Positions 1-12,520 of a stretch of 64,000 nt of DNA are shown in pieces (position 1 is the first letter of the stretch; each line of letters begins with the position of its first letter). Below the pieces are notes generated by a model. It made no database searches. It was not told the origin of the DNA and was given only the letters and a program-made list of their open reading frames with translations. The translations under genes and the position numbers were made by a program. Source of the DNA: Trichoplax adhaerens (lineage: Eukaryota; Animalia; Placozoa); the NCBI RefSeq assembly GCF_000150275.1, contig NW_002060949.1, forward strand, positions 4,831,006 through 4,895,005, written 5' to 3'.

Positions 1-593
1 CTATAAATTGGAGATCATTATAGCTGAGTTATCACTTCTTCGTTAGGATAGAGAATTATATATCTGGTAAGAATCTTTCGTTGTTATAACATTTTTATTA
101 CCTGCGGTACGGTAAGCACTGGGCATGAAATTTATTCCTTCACATGTTCTATTTCTTAGTATGGGATACAGATAGTTGGATATTACTCGTAAATATAAAT
201 TACCAGTAGTCAATAGAGAATCTTTTTGGGTTATAGTAAACTAATAATACTTTAAAGAATGCCTCACCTAATTTGTTGTCATCGTTGATTGAAAAGTAGA
301 GTAATTAAATCATGTATAGTTTTCTGTGAAAAGTAATTGTATATTATGACGTACGCATTTAGCTATTGCAAGATTTAAACGAACGCTATTAGTGTACCAG
401 TTCCACGAAATAATTATTTTTATCTGTGCTTATACATGCGAACATCAATAATTATAAAATTTCTTTCGATAATATTTTTAAGCTACTGTACGATTATTAT
501 CACTATTTGATCTAACTAGACCATAGATGAACTTGGTTATATTAGCATAAGCTCAAACAAAAATCCATTTTAAAATTTTTTCCTAAAGATATC

Positions 594-2271
594 ATGAAGA
601 TTTTGGTTATTGTCGCTCTTTTCGCTTGCGCTACCGCCTTCAGGCGTAAGTAAAAACTATAGCTTGTAATATTTTTCAAAGCCTTGACCTCTATAGTAAA
701 ATTTGGAATTAAATAATTGCCGTACACTTATTTCAGTACCAGAACAGCACGGTAATGTAAAATTTACTTGACAATAGAATAGCTAAAAGACATGAAATAC
801 TGTATAATCATGAAGTCAAATCTATATATTTTCATTTAGTTTTCAGGTACGCTACATTAAATATAGATACTGTACATCTTTTGTAATACTACTTTTTCTT
901 ATTTTTTATTCATTTTCCCTTTCATATGGAATAATCCAGTTCCACCTGCTTTTAAGCAAGTACCACGTAAGATCAATTATTTTCGTGCCTGTTATTATTA
1001 TTTTTTATGACCTACTTTTAAGGAACAGCCCTAATTGGAGGTAAAAAATTAATTTATTTGATATGCAAAGGCCCAGCTGATTGGCGCCCACAACCAAAAT
1101 GGGAAGTTGACGATGACAAGATCGTCGGTGGAGTAGAAGCTACACAAAATGAGTTCCCATTCATCGTTTCCTTGAGAAGGAAGCCTTGGTGGCTCGGCAG
1201 CACTGCTTCTCACTTCTGTGGTGGTTCCATCATTGGAGCTAACAAAGTTCTCACTGCTGCTCACTGTACTTCCGGTACCTCTGCTTCTGATATTAACGTT
1301 GCTGCTGGTCAATTTGACAAAAGCAGTGATTCTGACGACAATGAACAAATTCGAACTGCTTTGAGGAAGTAAGTTTCGATTTTATCTTCAAGAAGTTATT
1401 CCAAACCAAGAATTTTTATTATGAATCTACAACAGTTAACGTTACATTAGTACTCATCTAATGCACTGTGGCTTATGCAATCATACATAATTTAATTAAA
1501 ATAGTACTTAAATTATAGCCTATATCAGTGTCAAAGTAGAATACGACTAAATTTATTTTGGATTGCAGCATAACATTTTCATTTAATTTCTTTAATATAG
1601 ATTTTGACATTGACATCAGAGATTTCATAACTGTACATTTTATATTACAGATCTGAGCATTCCGACTATAACTCTCAAACAATTGATATGGATTTCGCAG
1701 TCTTGACAATGTCTAGCTCGTTTACATTAAACACAAATGTTGCTAAAATTACAATGGGAGGAGCTCAACCTGGTCAAATGCTTACTGTTTCTGGTTGGGG
1801 TACTCTTTCCGCAGGTGGTTCCTCCCCTAACAATCTTCAAAGAGTAGATGTCCCTGCTATCACAAATACTGAATGTAATGCTGCCTATAAGGGCGGAATC
1901 ACCGATAACATGCTATGCGCTGGTTACAGTGCTGGTGGCAAAGATTCTTGTCAAGGTGACAGTGGTGGCCCATTGGTCCGTTTTGATGGTACAACTCCAA
2001 CCCTTGTCGGTGTTGTTAGCTGGGGCAATGGTATGTCCTATCACAACTGTTTTAATAACTACTGATATTATCAATCTTACTATAATATTCTAATTAACAA
2101 CCGAATAGGTTATATTCATATTTATAACTTCTCTACCATATAAAGTATCGATTCTAATTCAGATTAAATAATGTGATACAACTTGTAATTAATATAGGCT
2201 GTGCTGAACCAGGATATCCAGGCGTTTATGCCCGTTGCTCGAAAGAACAAAGCTGGATCATGTCACAGTAA
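594..2271 (+). CDS. Secreted trypsin-like serine protease zymogen (S1A, trypsinogen-like), multi-exon
   Basis: Exons read by hand with GT-AG boundaries: 594-645 (signal peptide [17 protein letters not shown]), 737-751, 940-966, 1023-1368 (possible 30-nt intron at 1041-1070), 1651-2030, 2198-2271. Motifs: DDDK|IVGG, CGGSII, TAAHC (His57), DMDFAVL (Asp102), [12 protein letters not shown] (Asp189/Ser195), [22 protein letters not shown] follows the stop. Confidence 0.95.
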
Positions 2272-3615
2272 CTTAATAAAATGGTTAAAGCGAATGGGGC
2301 CGATTCTTGAATACCCTAAAATTATCAATTTACCAAATATTGTTCTTAGTTTAATAAGAGTAGCATTAGTCTAGTTTATTAATGGCATTAATTAAGTAAC
2401 TTTTCCACCAATGAAGTTACTTTTTAGTTATGTCAGGAATAGAAATATCGTTCTAAAACAGAATAAAATCAGCATGAAATTATTATGATCAAGAGTGATT
2501 TTATTTCTGAGCTAATAAGGAATTACACGTTCATAATATTCTAAATCAAATATATCGATGATTTTGCAAAAGTAGTAACAATCAAAAGCGAATAATCAAG
2601 CAATAAAATATTAGCTGACATGTGATATTACTAAACTATAAAATACACTCTTGTATTACACTGTGGTATGAAAATAGTCGTTCTGATTTAGTGAATCATG
2701 ATTAATAAGGAAAACGAATTTTAATTCACTTTCCGAATTAATTCTTATTCTGAATAACTTTTCAATAGTGTCAGTGTGCTATGATAATGATGAATATAAC
2801 GGAAATATATGTTCTTATCAAGGTTAAAAAAATTAAGGTAGTAGAGGCGCCGTATAGCTTGAAAGACATCAAGAATCATATTACCTTCAAGAAATCTAAG
2901 CTGTAATTGCCGTTCAGTGTTGCGCATAATTACTAAAATAGAAGCTAAACCAAATCAAAATGTTATATATAGTGAAATAATTTCAAACATTTATTTACAT
3001 ATAACAATTACTCAGTGGTTGAAACTAAAGTGAGCACAATGATTGATTGAAAATATTAAACATTACTTACATTGATCTTGATGCAATTATTAGACTATAT
3101 AGTATGCTTTCATTTGATACGATGAAAATCGAATCGAAATATGCATGAATTTCTTCAGAAGATTTAAATATTGCGATGCTAGCCCTACTCCTATTAGTCA
3201 CCCAGTCACTAGTATCACAATGAAGCGGTTAAAATTAATTTATTACTTAAAATTTATTGTTGAATATTACAGTATTAAAACTTCAGATCATACAACTACG
3301 TACAGCTAGCTTGAAGGCTATCGACTCTACTCCTCTAGGTGTAGGCCATTTATACTTTCTTGAAAGCTTATTAACAAATATGTTTGTTAAATTAATCTTC
3401 TAGTCAATTCAAGTAAAACCCTAACTTACCCTATCCGATAGTATTCCTTATACTAATTAATATTTAATATGGCTCCTTCATGTGCAAGACCCCTAACTAG
3501 GTATGATTATCATCTCTCACTCTGAGCCAATCATACGTAATTTATTGAGACATGCTGATGCCGCTTTTCGAGGCGCCCTACAGTCTCACTTAGAGTTACA
3601 ACTAACATCTCTAAC

Positions 3616-4187
3616 NNNNNNNNNNNNNNNNNNNNNNNNNNNNNNNNNNNNNNNNNNNNNNNNNNNNNNNNNNNNNNNNNNNNNNNNNNNNNNNNNNNNN
3701 NNNNNNNNNNNNNNNNNNNNNNNNNNNNNNNNNNNNNNNNNNNNNNNNNNNNNNNNNNNNNNNNNNNNNNNNNNNNNNNNNNNNNNNNNNNNNNNNNNNN
3801 NNNNNNNNNNNNNNNNNNNNNNNNNNNNNNNNNNNNNNNNNNNNNNNNNNNNNNNNNNNNNNNNNNNNNNNNNNNNNNNNNNNNNNNNNNNNNNNNNNNN
3901 NNNNNNNNNNNNNNNNNNNNNNNNNNNNNNNNNNNNNNNNNNNNNNNNNNNNNNNNNNNNNNNNNNNNNNNNNNNNNNNNNNNNNNNNNNNNNNNNNNNN
4001 NNNNNNNNNNNNNNNNNNNNNNNNNNNNNNNNNNNNNNNNNNNNNNNNNNNNNNNNNNNNNNNNNNNNNNNNNNNNNNNNNNNNNNNNNNNNNNNNNNNN
4101 NNNNNNNNNNNNNNNNNNNNNNNNNNNNNNNNNNNNNNNNNNNNNNNNNNNNNNNNNNNNNNNNNNNNNNNNNNNNNNNNNNNNNNN
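3616..4187. other. Assembly gap (572 N)
   Basis: Run of N characters. Confidence 1.
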
Positions 4188-4405
4188 CTATCGATCAGAC
4201 AGAAGGCAAAAAATGATGTATAGTAGCTAGCCACGTTTATCATCCACCACAATCGACTATTACAGTAGTACTATAAATTACCATTTTAATTTCAATCCAA
4301 CTATGTTGATATGGATACAGTTAATTAAATTATATCTTTAATCCATACGTACAATACAGTAATTTAGCCATCAACAGTGACTTGACGCTATTTTTCCCAA
4401 CAAAT

Positions 4406-4686
4406 AAATTACGTTTAATCGATACAAGCTACTGTTGCACGATACGATCAATTTGCATCAATGAAAATTTCCAACTAGCCGATACATCATCATTAGATTG
4501 CTACCTTTGAGTAAGGTTTACACAAATAATAATCAATAAAATTACGTCAATCGATACTAGCTACTGTTGCACTATGCCATCAATGTTATCAATTTGCATT
4601 AATGAAAATTTATAACTAGCCGGATACATACATTATCATCGTTACATTGTAACTTTGAATAAGGCTTATATAAACAATAATCAATG
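4406..4686. repeat. Degenerate tandem duplication, two ~135-145 bp units
   Basis: aattacgt..aatcgatac.agctactgttgcac...atcaatttgcat.aatgaaaattt..aactagccg...aataatcaat occurs at ~4407 and ~4540. Confidence 0.8.
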
Positions 4687-7371
4687 TGATATCATCTTGT
4701 TTCTTAGGCTGGATTAAATCCTATCAAGAAGCGCGTTTATGCTGAGATATGCACTACTTTAGGGCTTAAGCACACCTTTACTTATGCCAATTCCGAAACA
4801 ATGCGTCATTTATTGGGCTATATTCATAAAAAGTTAGTATTCATTGTGGATGCAAATTTTTTTTATTTGCCCTTGAATTATTTCTCCTATCATATTAGCA
4901 AATTGACTCTTTATTAATAAAGTATTAAATATTAGAGTTACTTTATTGTAAGTTATCAGTCGATGCAGTAAACGTGAATTACCTACATTATAGTTTATTC
5001 TATGCTATTCTGTTCTAATCCTAAAAATTGTAGTTAAATATACAGTACGAAAAAAACTGCCATAGAACTAGAAGATAGTAATTTACAGACTCGTATGAAA
5101 AAGACTTGTTCTTAATGACTAGCGTTACATCAAATATCAAGGAGATCTAATGCTAATCGAATTCCATAAACGTCGATTTTATAGATATGGCTCTGTTAGG
5201 AAATATTTAGAATCGACCGGATTTAGCTACGAAGAGCAAGATCAGCTGAAAAGCAATTTAATGTTAAAATCTTGATTACGTTTAAAAACGGTAATGATTT
5301 CAGCTAATTACAGTAGTTATGTGCTATTAATTAAGGACGCAGTAGTCGATACCAAATTTTAGCTACTTATCAACTGCTGCATAAGTGCTATATATAATGG
5401 TATCAGTTACTTGATCTACTGGTATTTTACTCATTGTAGTACCATCATTTTTTAGATACTATCAACTCATTGTATCTATCTTATCTAATTGTTTGCACAC
5501 TCTGTAATTGTTGTATCTTGCCAGTAAAACTAATCATTGTTAACTAGATCAAAGCGACCTGCAGAAGTATTATCTAAAAACTAAAACTATCATGAAATTG
5601 ATCATGTATAATTGATAATGATCTACTTTTAACGCTCACGTAATTACGCATTTACGCATATTCCTAGTAATGATCATAGAACCATTTTGACAAGCCTTTA
5701 GGCCTTTTCTTTATTTTGCATAACTATCATAAACTGAAACTGCAAAGTTTATGTAGAACTATTTAACTTACTTTTAAACCCTTTCTTCACTTTGCGCAAC
5801 TATAACAAGTGAAATGTAAAATTTTTCATCATATTGAATCCATCGTTGTATAAATGATTTATAATCAAATCTTAACCAATATAATTTATAATATATCTGA
5901 ATAGCATCATGGCTTTTTTTGTAATAATATCTTTTTATTATTTGTTTCATAGCAAGCATTAACCTGCTATTCTATAGACCATGTATTGATCGCCGAAGCA
6001 ATAGTTTATTATAAAATACGTATAGGCATTTTTATTGTCTGCTGTTACAGTTTTTAATCACTGTTCGGATTTTATTTTACGCTAATCGAAGAACTCTCTT
6101 ATTTTTACGTAATCTGTGCATGAAATCAGAAAACTTCAAGTATACGCGTATACAATATGAATGTATGAGATTAAGAATTTGTAACTATTCAATCGAAGTG
6201 AATTTAAAAGTATTTAATAAAAACCTGTATAACACCGCTACGAAATTGAATTTGGATAGTTTTTATCCTTAATGAATTTTGCAATATGCGATATGGCTAT
6301 TAAGCCATAGAAAGTATTTGAATTTTGAATTTGCCTAGGTTTCTCTAAAAATTTGATAGAATGATTTAATAAATAGTATTGACCAAGACCGGACCTGCAC
6401 CGGTGTACTGAGGAGAGTAGACTAGCAGGAAACATAGTTTAATCAAAATCTCTATATTTCTGATTTGATACATTTTAATATACGCGTGCAGAAACTGCAA
6501 ACTTAATGTCCTTACGATATTCTTTATTTACAAGATATTTTACATTAGCAAAAAAGACGACTTAGTTTGGGTTACGTTATACGTCAAGGTCGTACGATAT
6601 TTTGCAACCTTCATATGAGTCTTGCTACAAAAAATTGACAATTTCAAATTACTATACATTTAAGCATTTAAAGTTTATGGTAACTTATGGCGATACCCAT
6701 ACAGAGTATATTCAGTAAATGGATTTATACGAAATTAAATATGTGTATGGAATCGAAAATTGGGCACAGCTTACTATTATAATGCTTCAATAATGCATGA
6801 GCACTAATTCACTCGTTATAGCAGCAAACCAAGTTCCCGACAATTTGCTGCCCTATATTATGACGCCTCAGTAATCAATTCAATCCATTACGCTATATGG
6901 CCTTCGGTATTATAAATAGATTATCATATATGCTAACATTCTATAACAAAGCATTATTTTCCTTGAAGTACTGTATTGACATCATTAAAACAACGAATAA
7001 CTAAAATTATACATTAAAAATTTAGATGATTCTAGTCGATTAGATTTACGGGCTAGTACTTACTGTCAACAGGTCACGAATATTATGATATTGACTTAAT
7101 CTGGCTTCCATTAATTTAAGCTATAGAGTGTGAACAATATCATTCCCAAGCCAGAGGGAACATATGTTGAGAAGTTTTATTGATTAATTTGCCGGTAACA
7201 TATGGAAATTGAATGCGGGCGGAACCAGCATCATCTAGCAATCTTTTGTTTGCAAATGTGTAATAGTTCTATAAACTGCAACTTAGCATTGATTTGTTTA
7301 GCAAGGGCGGTGTTTCTTTAATATTTGATGACATAGCACACTTAGCATGCGTAAAATATACGTATAGTTTC

Positions 7372-9720
7372 GTCATCACCTTTCCCTACAATTTTGTATT
7401 CTTAGTAATCATAAAATTATTGGAGATTGAACAGCAGTAAAACGGTATCATCCCTTTAGACTTTAAAGTATTTGAAGCTAGGCGTGCTGTCATCATAAAA
7501 TGAGAAACAAGATGGTTTCAATTCATTATCCGGTAAGAATTTCTAGATAGCCATGAATGTTAAAACTTGTTATTTTGAGAATATTGAGTATTGTTGATCG
7601 TTTCCTATTATTCTTTTATATGATATCTCCACCTAAATCATTTTTGCTATGATCTACTAGTACAATTAAGTTTTAGTACGCTATCATCATTATACTTTTC
7701 ACCGGCTGCTATTCTCACGCCATCTTCTTGAAAATATCCATTACTGTTTGATCATAGTATCGGGTATAAATATAGAATAATAAAATAGTTATTATTTCAA
7801 GGGGATAAATCTCAAATAGAAAATATACACTATTTCATCCAGAATGTAGAAATACGAGCATATCTTCAAACTTTAAATTTAAGAGGATAATATCTCCATC
7901 AGTCTTATATTAAATGTTCAGTTAAGAAAATAATCAATGAAATGGAGACAAAAATTTGTTAATCCAGTTGTACCAATTGATATTAAGCATAATATTAGGT
8001 TACTTTCGTTTACCCGATATATTACATTTCTGTATCGTGTTAAAATTTATAATAACATTATGGCATAAACAGGGTGTAAATTTCGTCTCAATGACGATGG
8101 TTAATTTCCTAATGATATATTAAAAGAACTCCTATAATATCTTTTTCCTGTACTAACTTGTTACGCTCACCTTAGATAGATTGTAAAGCATCGTATCGTA
8201 CAGTATTCGAATATTTTCTCCTTTAACGTCCCTTGCTTCATGTAAAGGCCACTACTATAGCTATAAAGATCGATTTGGTCGTTCCATGTTAAAAAATCAA
8301 AATATGGCTCATATAGTTTACCATTCCCATCAGACGCAGGCTAACATCGCAAATATGTTTTATAGAGACTACTAACACGACTTACCGTAAGTTTTCCCTT
8401 CTTTATGATAAGAGAGCATGGACAATCCGATATGATAGTAGGTTTCAAATATGGACCACTAAAATATCAATTTTAGTAGTCCTTGGATTTCCAATTATTT
8501 GAAATTTTGCAATCGAGAAGGATATTAATTCATAGGAGAATCTGCTCGCTTATAAAGCAGGAAATACCCCCCCCCCCTTCCTCACTAGAGCATCTCCTAC
8601 TTTAATCTATCAAAAAGTAATAGTGAATAAATAGTAAATTTTCAAGACATCCTTACGTTACTTTACGTTAAGAGAAAAGATCTGATATAAGAAGGTTTAC
8701 CGATATACAGTACATACGGCTGCCATATTCCATAATTTGTTCACAGTAACTGACAAAATAAGTAACAGTAGTAACAATAGTAATATCTTGCCTAGGTAAA
8801 GCTTAAGAGTAGCGTCTGTTACTTTTAATTTTAAAAAAGTTGTTAGAGCAAGAAAAACTACCGGTTACATTAAACTTTAAAGATTAGGAGAAAATTGGAT
8901 GCTGGTATATTCGCTATACGAGCCTGCTAGAACTAATAGTTCACATCAAATATAAGGCTTTCGATTTTCCAGATATTTTGTGGATAAGGATGGAATTGTA
9001 GTATAGTTTTACCTGCAAGTTTTAATTTCAAAAGTTGTTAGGAAATTATAAAGCGCACATTTTCGTTTTCGAAAGTTTAACCTGATAGTCTTTACGATAC
9101 TGAAACTCCTAAAACCCTAACCTTTAAGATTTAGTTTTATTAATCTTTCAGAACTGGCATTTGTATAGATAGCAAGTATCTTAGTATGGTTCCGATTACT
9201 TCCCTAAGATGGGCAGAATGATATGTTTATATTTCTTACCAAAGGCTCAACCTTAATAAACTTAGCAATATTGAATGTATGATCCCTACCAGATTAAATA
9301 CTATCGATCTCTTAGAAATTATATTTTAAAAGGATTATACTGTAACATGATAATTAGTTGACGTAAATTTTTATTTAATATGAAATGTATTTCCTCTAAA
9401 TTTTTCATAGGCAGTAAATTAAATAATAAATATCACTTAGAAATCGTACATTCCTTGCTGAAATATTACTGCATACACTCATAAGAAACTGAGCTATAAA
9501 AACTAACATCATTGTGTAAGAGGATTAAGCGATAAAAATATTGCAAACTTTAATTTAGTATCGGTAATATTCTATTCGATTTATATTAATCGAAGAAGGC
9601 ATTCTTATTTTAGGCGATATTTTATGACTACTTATATATATTACTAATAAATTGGATCAAATTACATACATTTTTGAATTTTATTCTAGATACTAAGGCA
9701 AAATAATTGTTATTAGCAAC
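7372..9720 (+). other. Putative spliced 5' UTR of the GAS2-like gene
   Basis: Donor CCG|GTAAG at 7532; candidate exon 9411-9515 (ttttcatag|...tgt|gtaag); acceptor ttctag|9690 just upstream of ATG 9721. The 5' end is a guess. Confidence 0.35.
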
Positions 9721-12520
9721 ATGGATGATAAACTATATCGTCAGGCGAGTTTTATGACTCGTCGACGCCGCCGTAAAGAGAATGAATTGGTTCAAGCATT
9801 ACGCGAGGATATTAGCGATTGGATCGCTCGACTCTTCCCCAGTCTTTCTATTCAAGCGGATAAGTTTCACGATGCTATAGCTAATGGTACTGTTCTATGT
9901 CAGTTAGCTCAATTAATTGAAGAGGCGCAATTAAAAATTGGTGAAAAAATTGATAAGAATTTACGAATTCAAATGAATAAAATTGCAATGATGGGAGGAA
10001 GAAGTTTAGTAAAATTTAAAGCCCGAGAGAATGCATTATCATTTATTCGTTGGTGTCAGAATCGTGGTATTAACAAATCAGTTATGTTTGAACCAGATGA
10101 TTTAGTTGAACAGCGTGATCAACGCCAAGTTATAATATGCTTAATGGAAGTTTCCAGATTAAGCGTTCGCTATGGGATTGAACCTTGTAAATTGGTCCAG
10201 TATGAAATGGAAATTGATGCAATCGAGAAACAGGAAAAAGAAGAATCACAATTAATGCAGCAATCATCCAGTCTTCATTGCAGCAGACATCTTCAAGATC
10301 AAAATGACGGTATACAAGAATCGACAGTGCAAGAACGGCATCATAAACATAGAAAAAATAGAGCTAAGATTAAAAGAAGAAAGAGTAAAAGAGATCCAAA
10401 TCGTCTTCGTCATGATAATCAAACGACAGTACAACAGAATCAGATTCCATCACATCGTAAACGTTCAAGCCAAGAAAATACAGAAATTTCCGTTATTTAT
10501 ACTCAAACATCAATATTTAAAGAACAAAAACCAAATAAATTGATCAATGCGAAAGGTTCACCTCGGAAAATTGTATCGTCAAATAGATCAGAAAATGTCG
10601 AAACAGAATCTACAGATTTAAACGAAACATTCGCTAAAAATATGCAAAAAGCCTTCGGTATCGTCACTACTCCACCCAATAATGAAAACCGTGATCAAGA
10701 AAATAAAGTTAATCTTGTAAATGATCAAGCTAAAGTCCAATCGTATACTAGACAAAATTCCACTGCTGATCAAAGCTATAATTGTGATCAGCAAGTTAAT
10801 AGTAGCCAACCTGAGTTAGTTCATAATAATCGATCTTATCCTATACCATCTTCTTATAACTCGTCATCAAATGCGACCGAATCGACGCCTAAACATGGTC
10901 GAACGGAAATTACCTCAAAATATCCTTCATCGTCAGTCAATACTAATACAACGATAAATCAGAGTAATAATACATCAAGTCATCAATTGGTATCAGAACA
11001 TAGTGAAGAATATTGGGATGATGAAGAAATTGAAGAGCAATTATCCAAATTTTCTATTAAGGAAGAATCAAGTAAACAAGACAGCCAAGACTTAGAATAT
11101 ACTATACCTAACGTAACTTTGAATCACCCTGATAAAATTCAATTGACTAATATCAATTCTCAGTCTAATTTAATCGATAATGAGATATCATCTTCAGATA
11201 CAATCGATTATTCATTGGAAATTAATCGAGAAAGGAAAAGATCTACAGGTGAAGATAGTTTTATTTTTGATGAAGAAATGATGCAAAGAGAAGCTTCCAT
11301 TGCATCAGAAGCTGTGCTCGATCACTATGAAGTCGGCCAGGAACAGCAACAACAACAGTATTGGTTACAAAATCAATTAGAAGGCAGAAGCAGTCGAATT
11401 GGTAGATTACATCAAAATGAAACTGCTAGTTTAGACGATGATGACTATGAAGACGACGATACATACGAAGAGGACTATGAAGATGAGGAAGAATATGATG
11501 GTGAAGGAGATATCGTACCGCTAACATCAGTTTTGCATAAAAACGTAAGATCATCAAGATTTTATATAACCCCTCATAATTTCAAAATGAGGATTATATC
11601 TGTACTTTATAGTGCTACTTATAAATGGAAAGGAATCAAAACCTATGTAATATTCCTGTGATAAACATTATCTACTGATGTAGAAAAATTTTTATATGAA
11701 GATTTTAATTTTTTCTTTCAATAACTAAATTAATTTTGTTCTATCGTGTGGCTGTATTTCTTCATTTATTAATTATGTATAAGTTAATTTATGAAAGATT
11801 TTGGAACCTTAAAATTATTTTATGTCATACTACGTGGCCTTATTAAAAATCGATTCTAATATCAATAGGTATGGAAAATTGTGAATTCAGTCCAAGCCAA
11901 TGATGACATCATACAAATGAAGGAAGGAAAATACAAAATATTTGATAAAATTGTCTTCGTTAGGGTGAGTTTATTAGATTACCGTACTAATTTATGTTAA
12001 TAAACTAAATTCTTGATAACGGCATTAAAAATCTTAAGTTTGTAACGATGCATGAAGTAAATGGTAGCTTATCGAGAAAGAATTATCTTAATCGGAGTAC
12101 TAAGCAACAGAAAATCAGTTCCGTTACTAGTAATATCGTGATATTCGTTTAAAATTAGTTTTTAACCTTGAAACATTTGATAACATTATGATAGAAATAA
12201 GTATTTCTTTTTTATTAAACTAAAATCTATAGATGCTAAATGAGCACGTTATGGTTCGTATTGGCGGAGGATGGGATACGTTAGAGCATTACATCACCTT
12301 CCATATGTCTTTACGAAAGAATAAATCAATTTTGAAAACTAGAGATATAGATGAAGTAAGATCAGATATTAAAGCCAATTCAAGCTTAATTAGCTATTCA
12401 AGGCCAAAAAGAACTTCCTTTGGTGGTTCACTTGGTAGTCGAGACCAACTCGGAGCTAGTACATTGTCTCTACAAAGTAGCGGCTCCTTTAGTGAATTTC
12501 ATCCAAAGTTAAAGCTTTAA
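9721..12520 (+). CDS. GAS2-family actin-microtubule crosslinker (N-terminal CH domain, C-terminal GAR domain)
   Basis: Exons 9721-11544, 11869-11964, 12233-12520. CH motifs: EDISDWI, NGTVLCQLA, FKARENALSFIRWC, MFEPDDLV, VIICLMEVSR. GAR motifs: EGKYKI, VFVR|ML, HVMVRIGGGWDTLEHY. A long low-complexity linker separates the domains. Confidence 0.92.

Noticed and set aside
1049-1348. 99-aa antisense ORF and other short track ORFs (e.g. 14295-14489, 26501-26746, 33956-34210)
   Set aside because: Shadows of real exons on the opposite strand or frame, or chance ORFs in AT-rich DNA with no motifs.
3503-4252. 237-aa and 213-aa ORFs in the ORF track
   Set aside because: Artefacts of translating through the N gap.
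11545-11661. C-terminal 38 aa of the 646-aa ORF
   Set aside because: Read-through into an intron; the AAC|GTAAGA donor at 11544 joins the GAR exons in frame.
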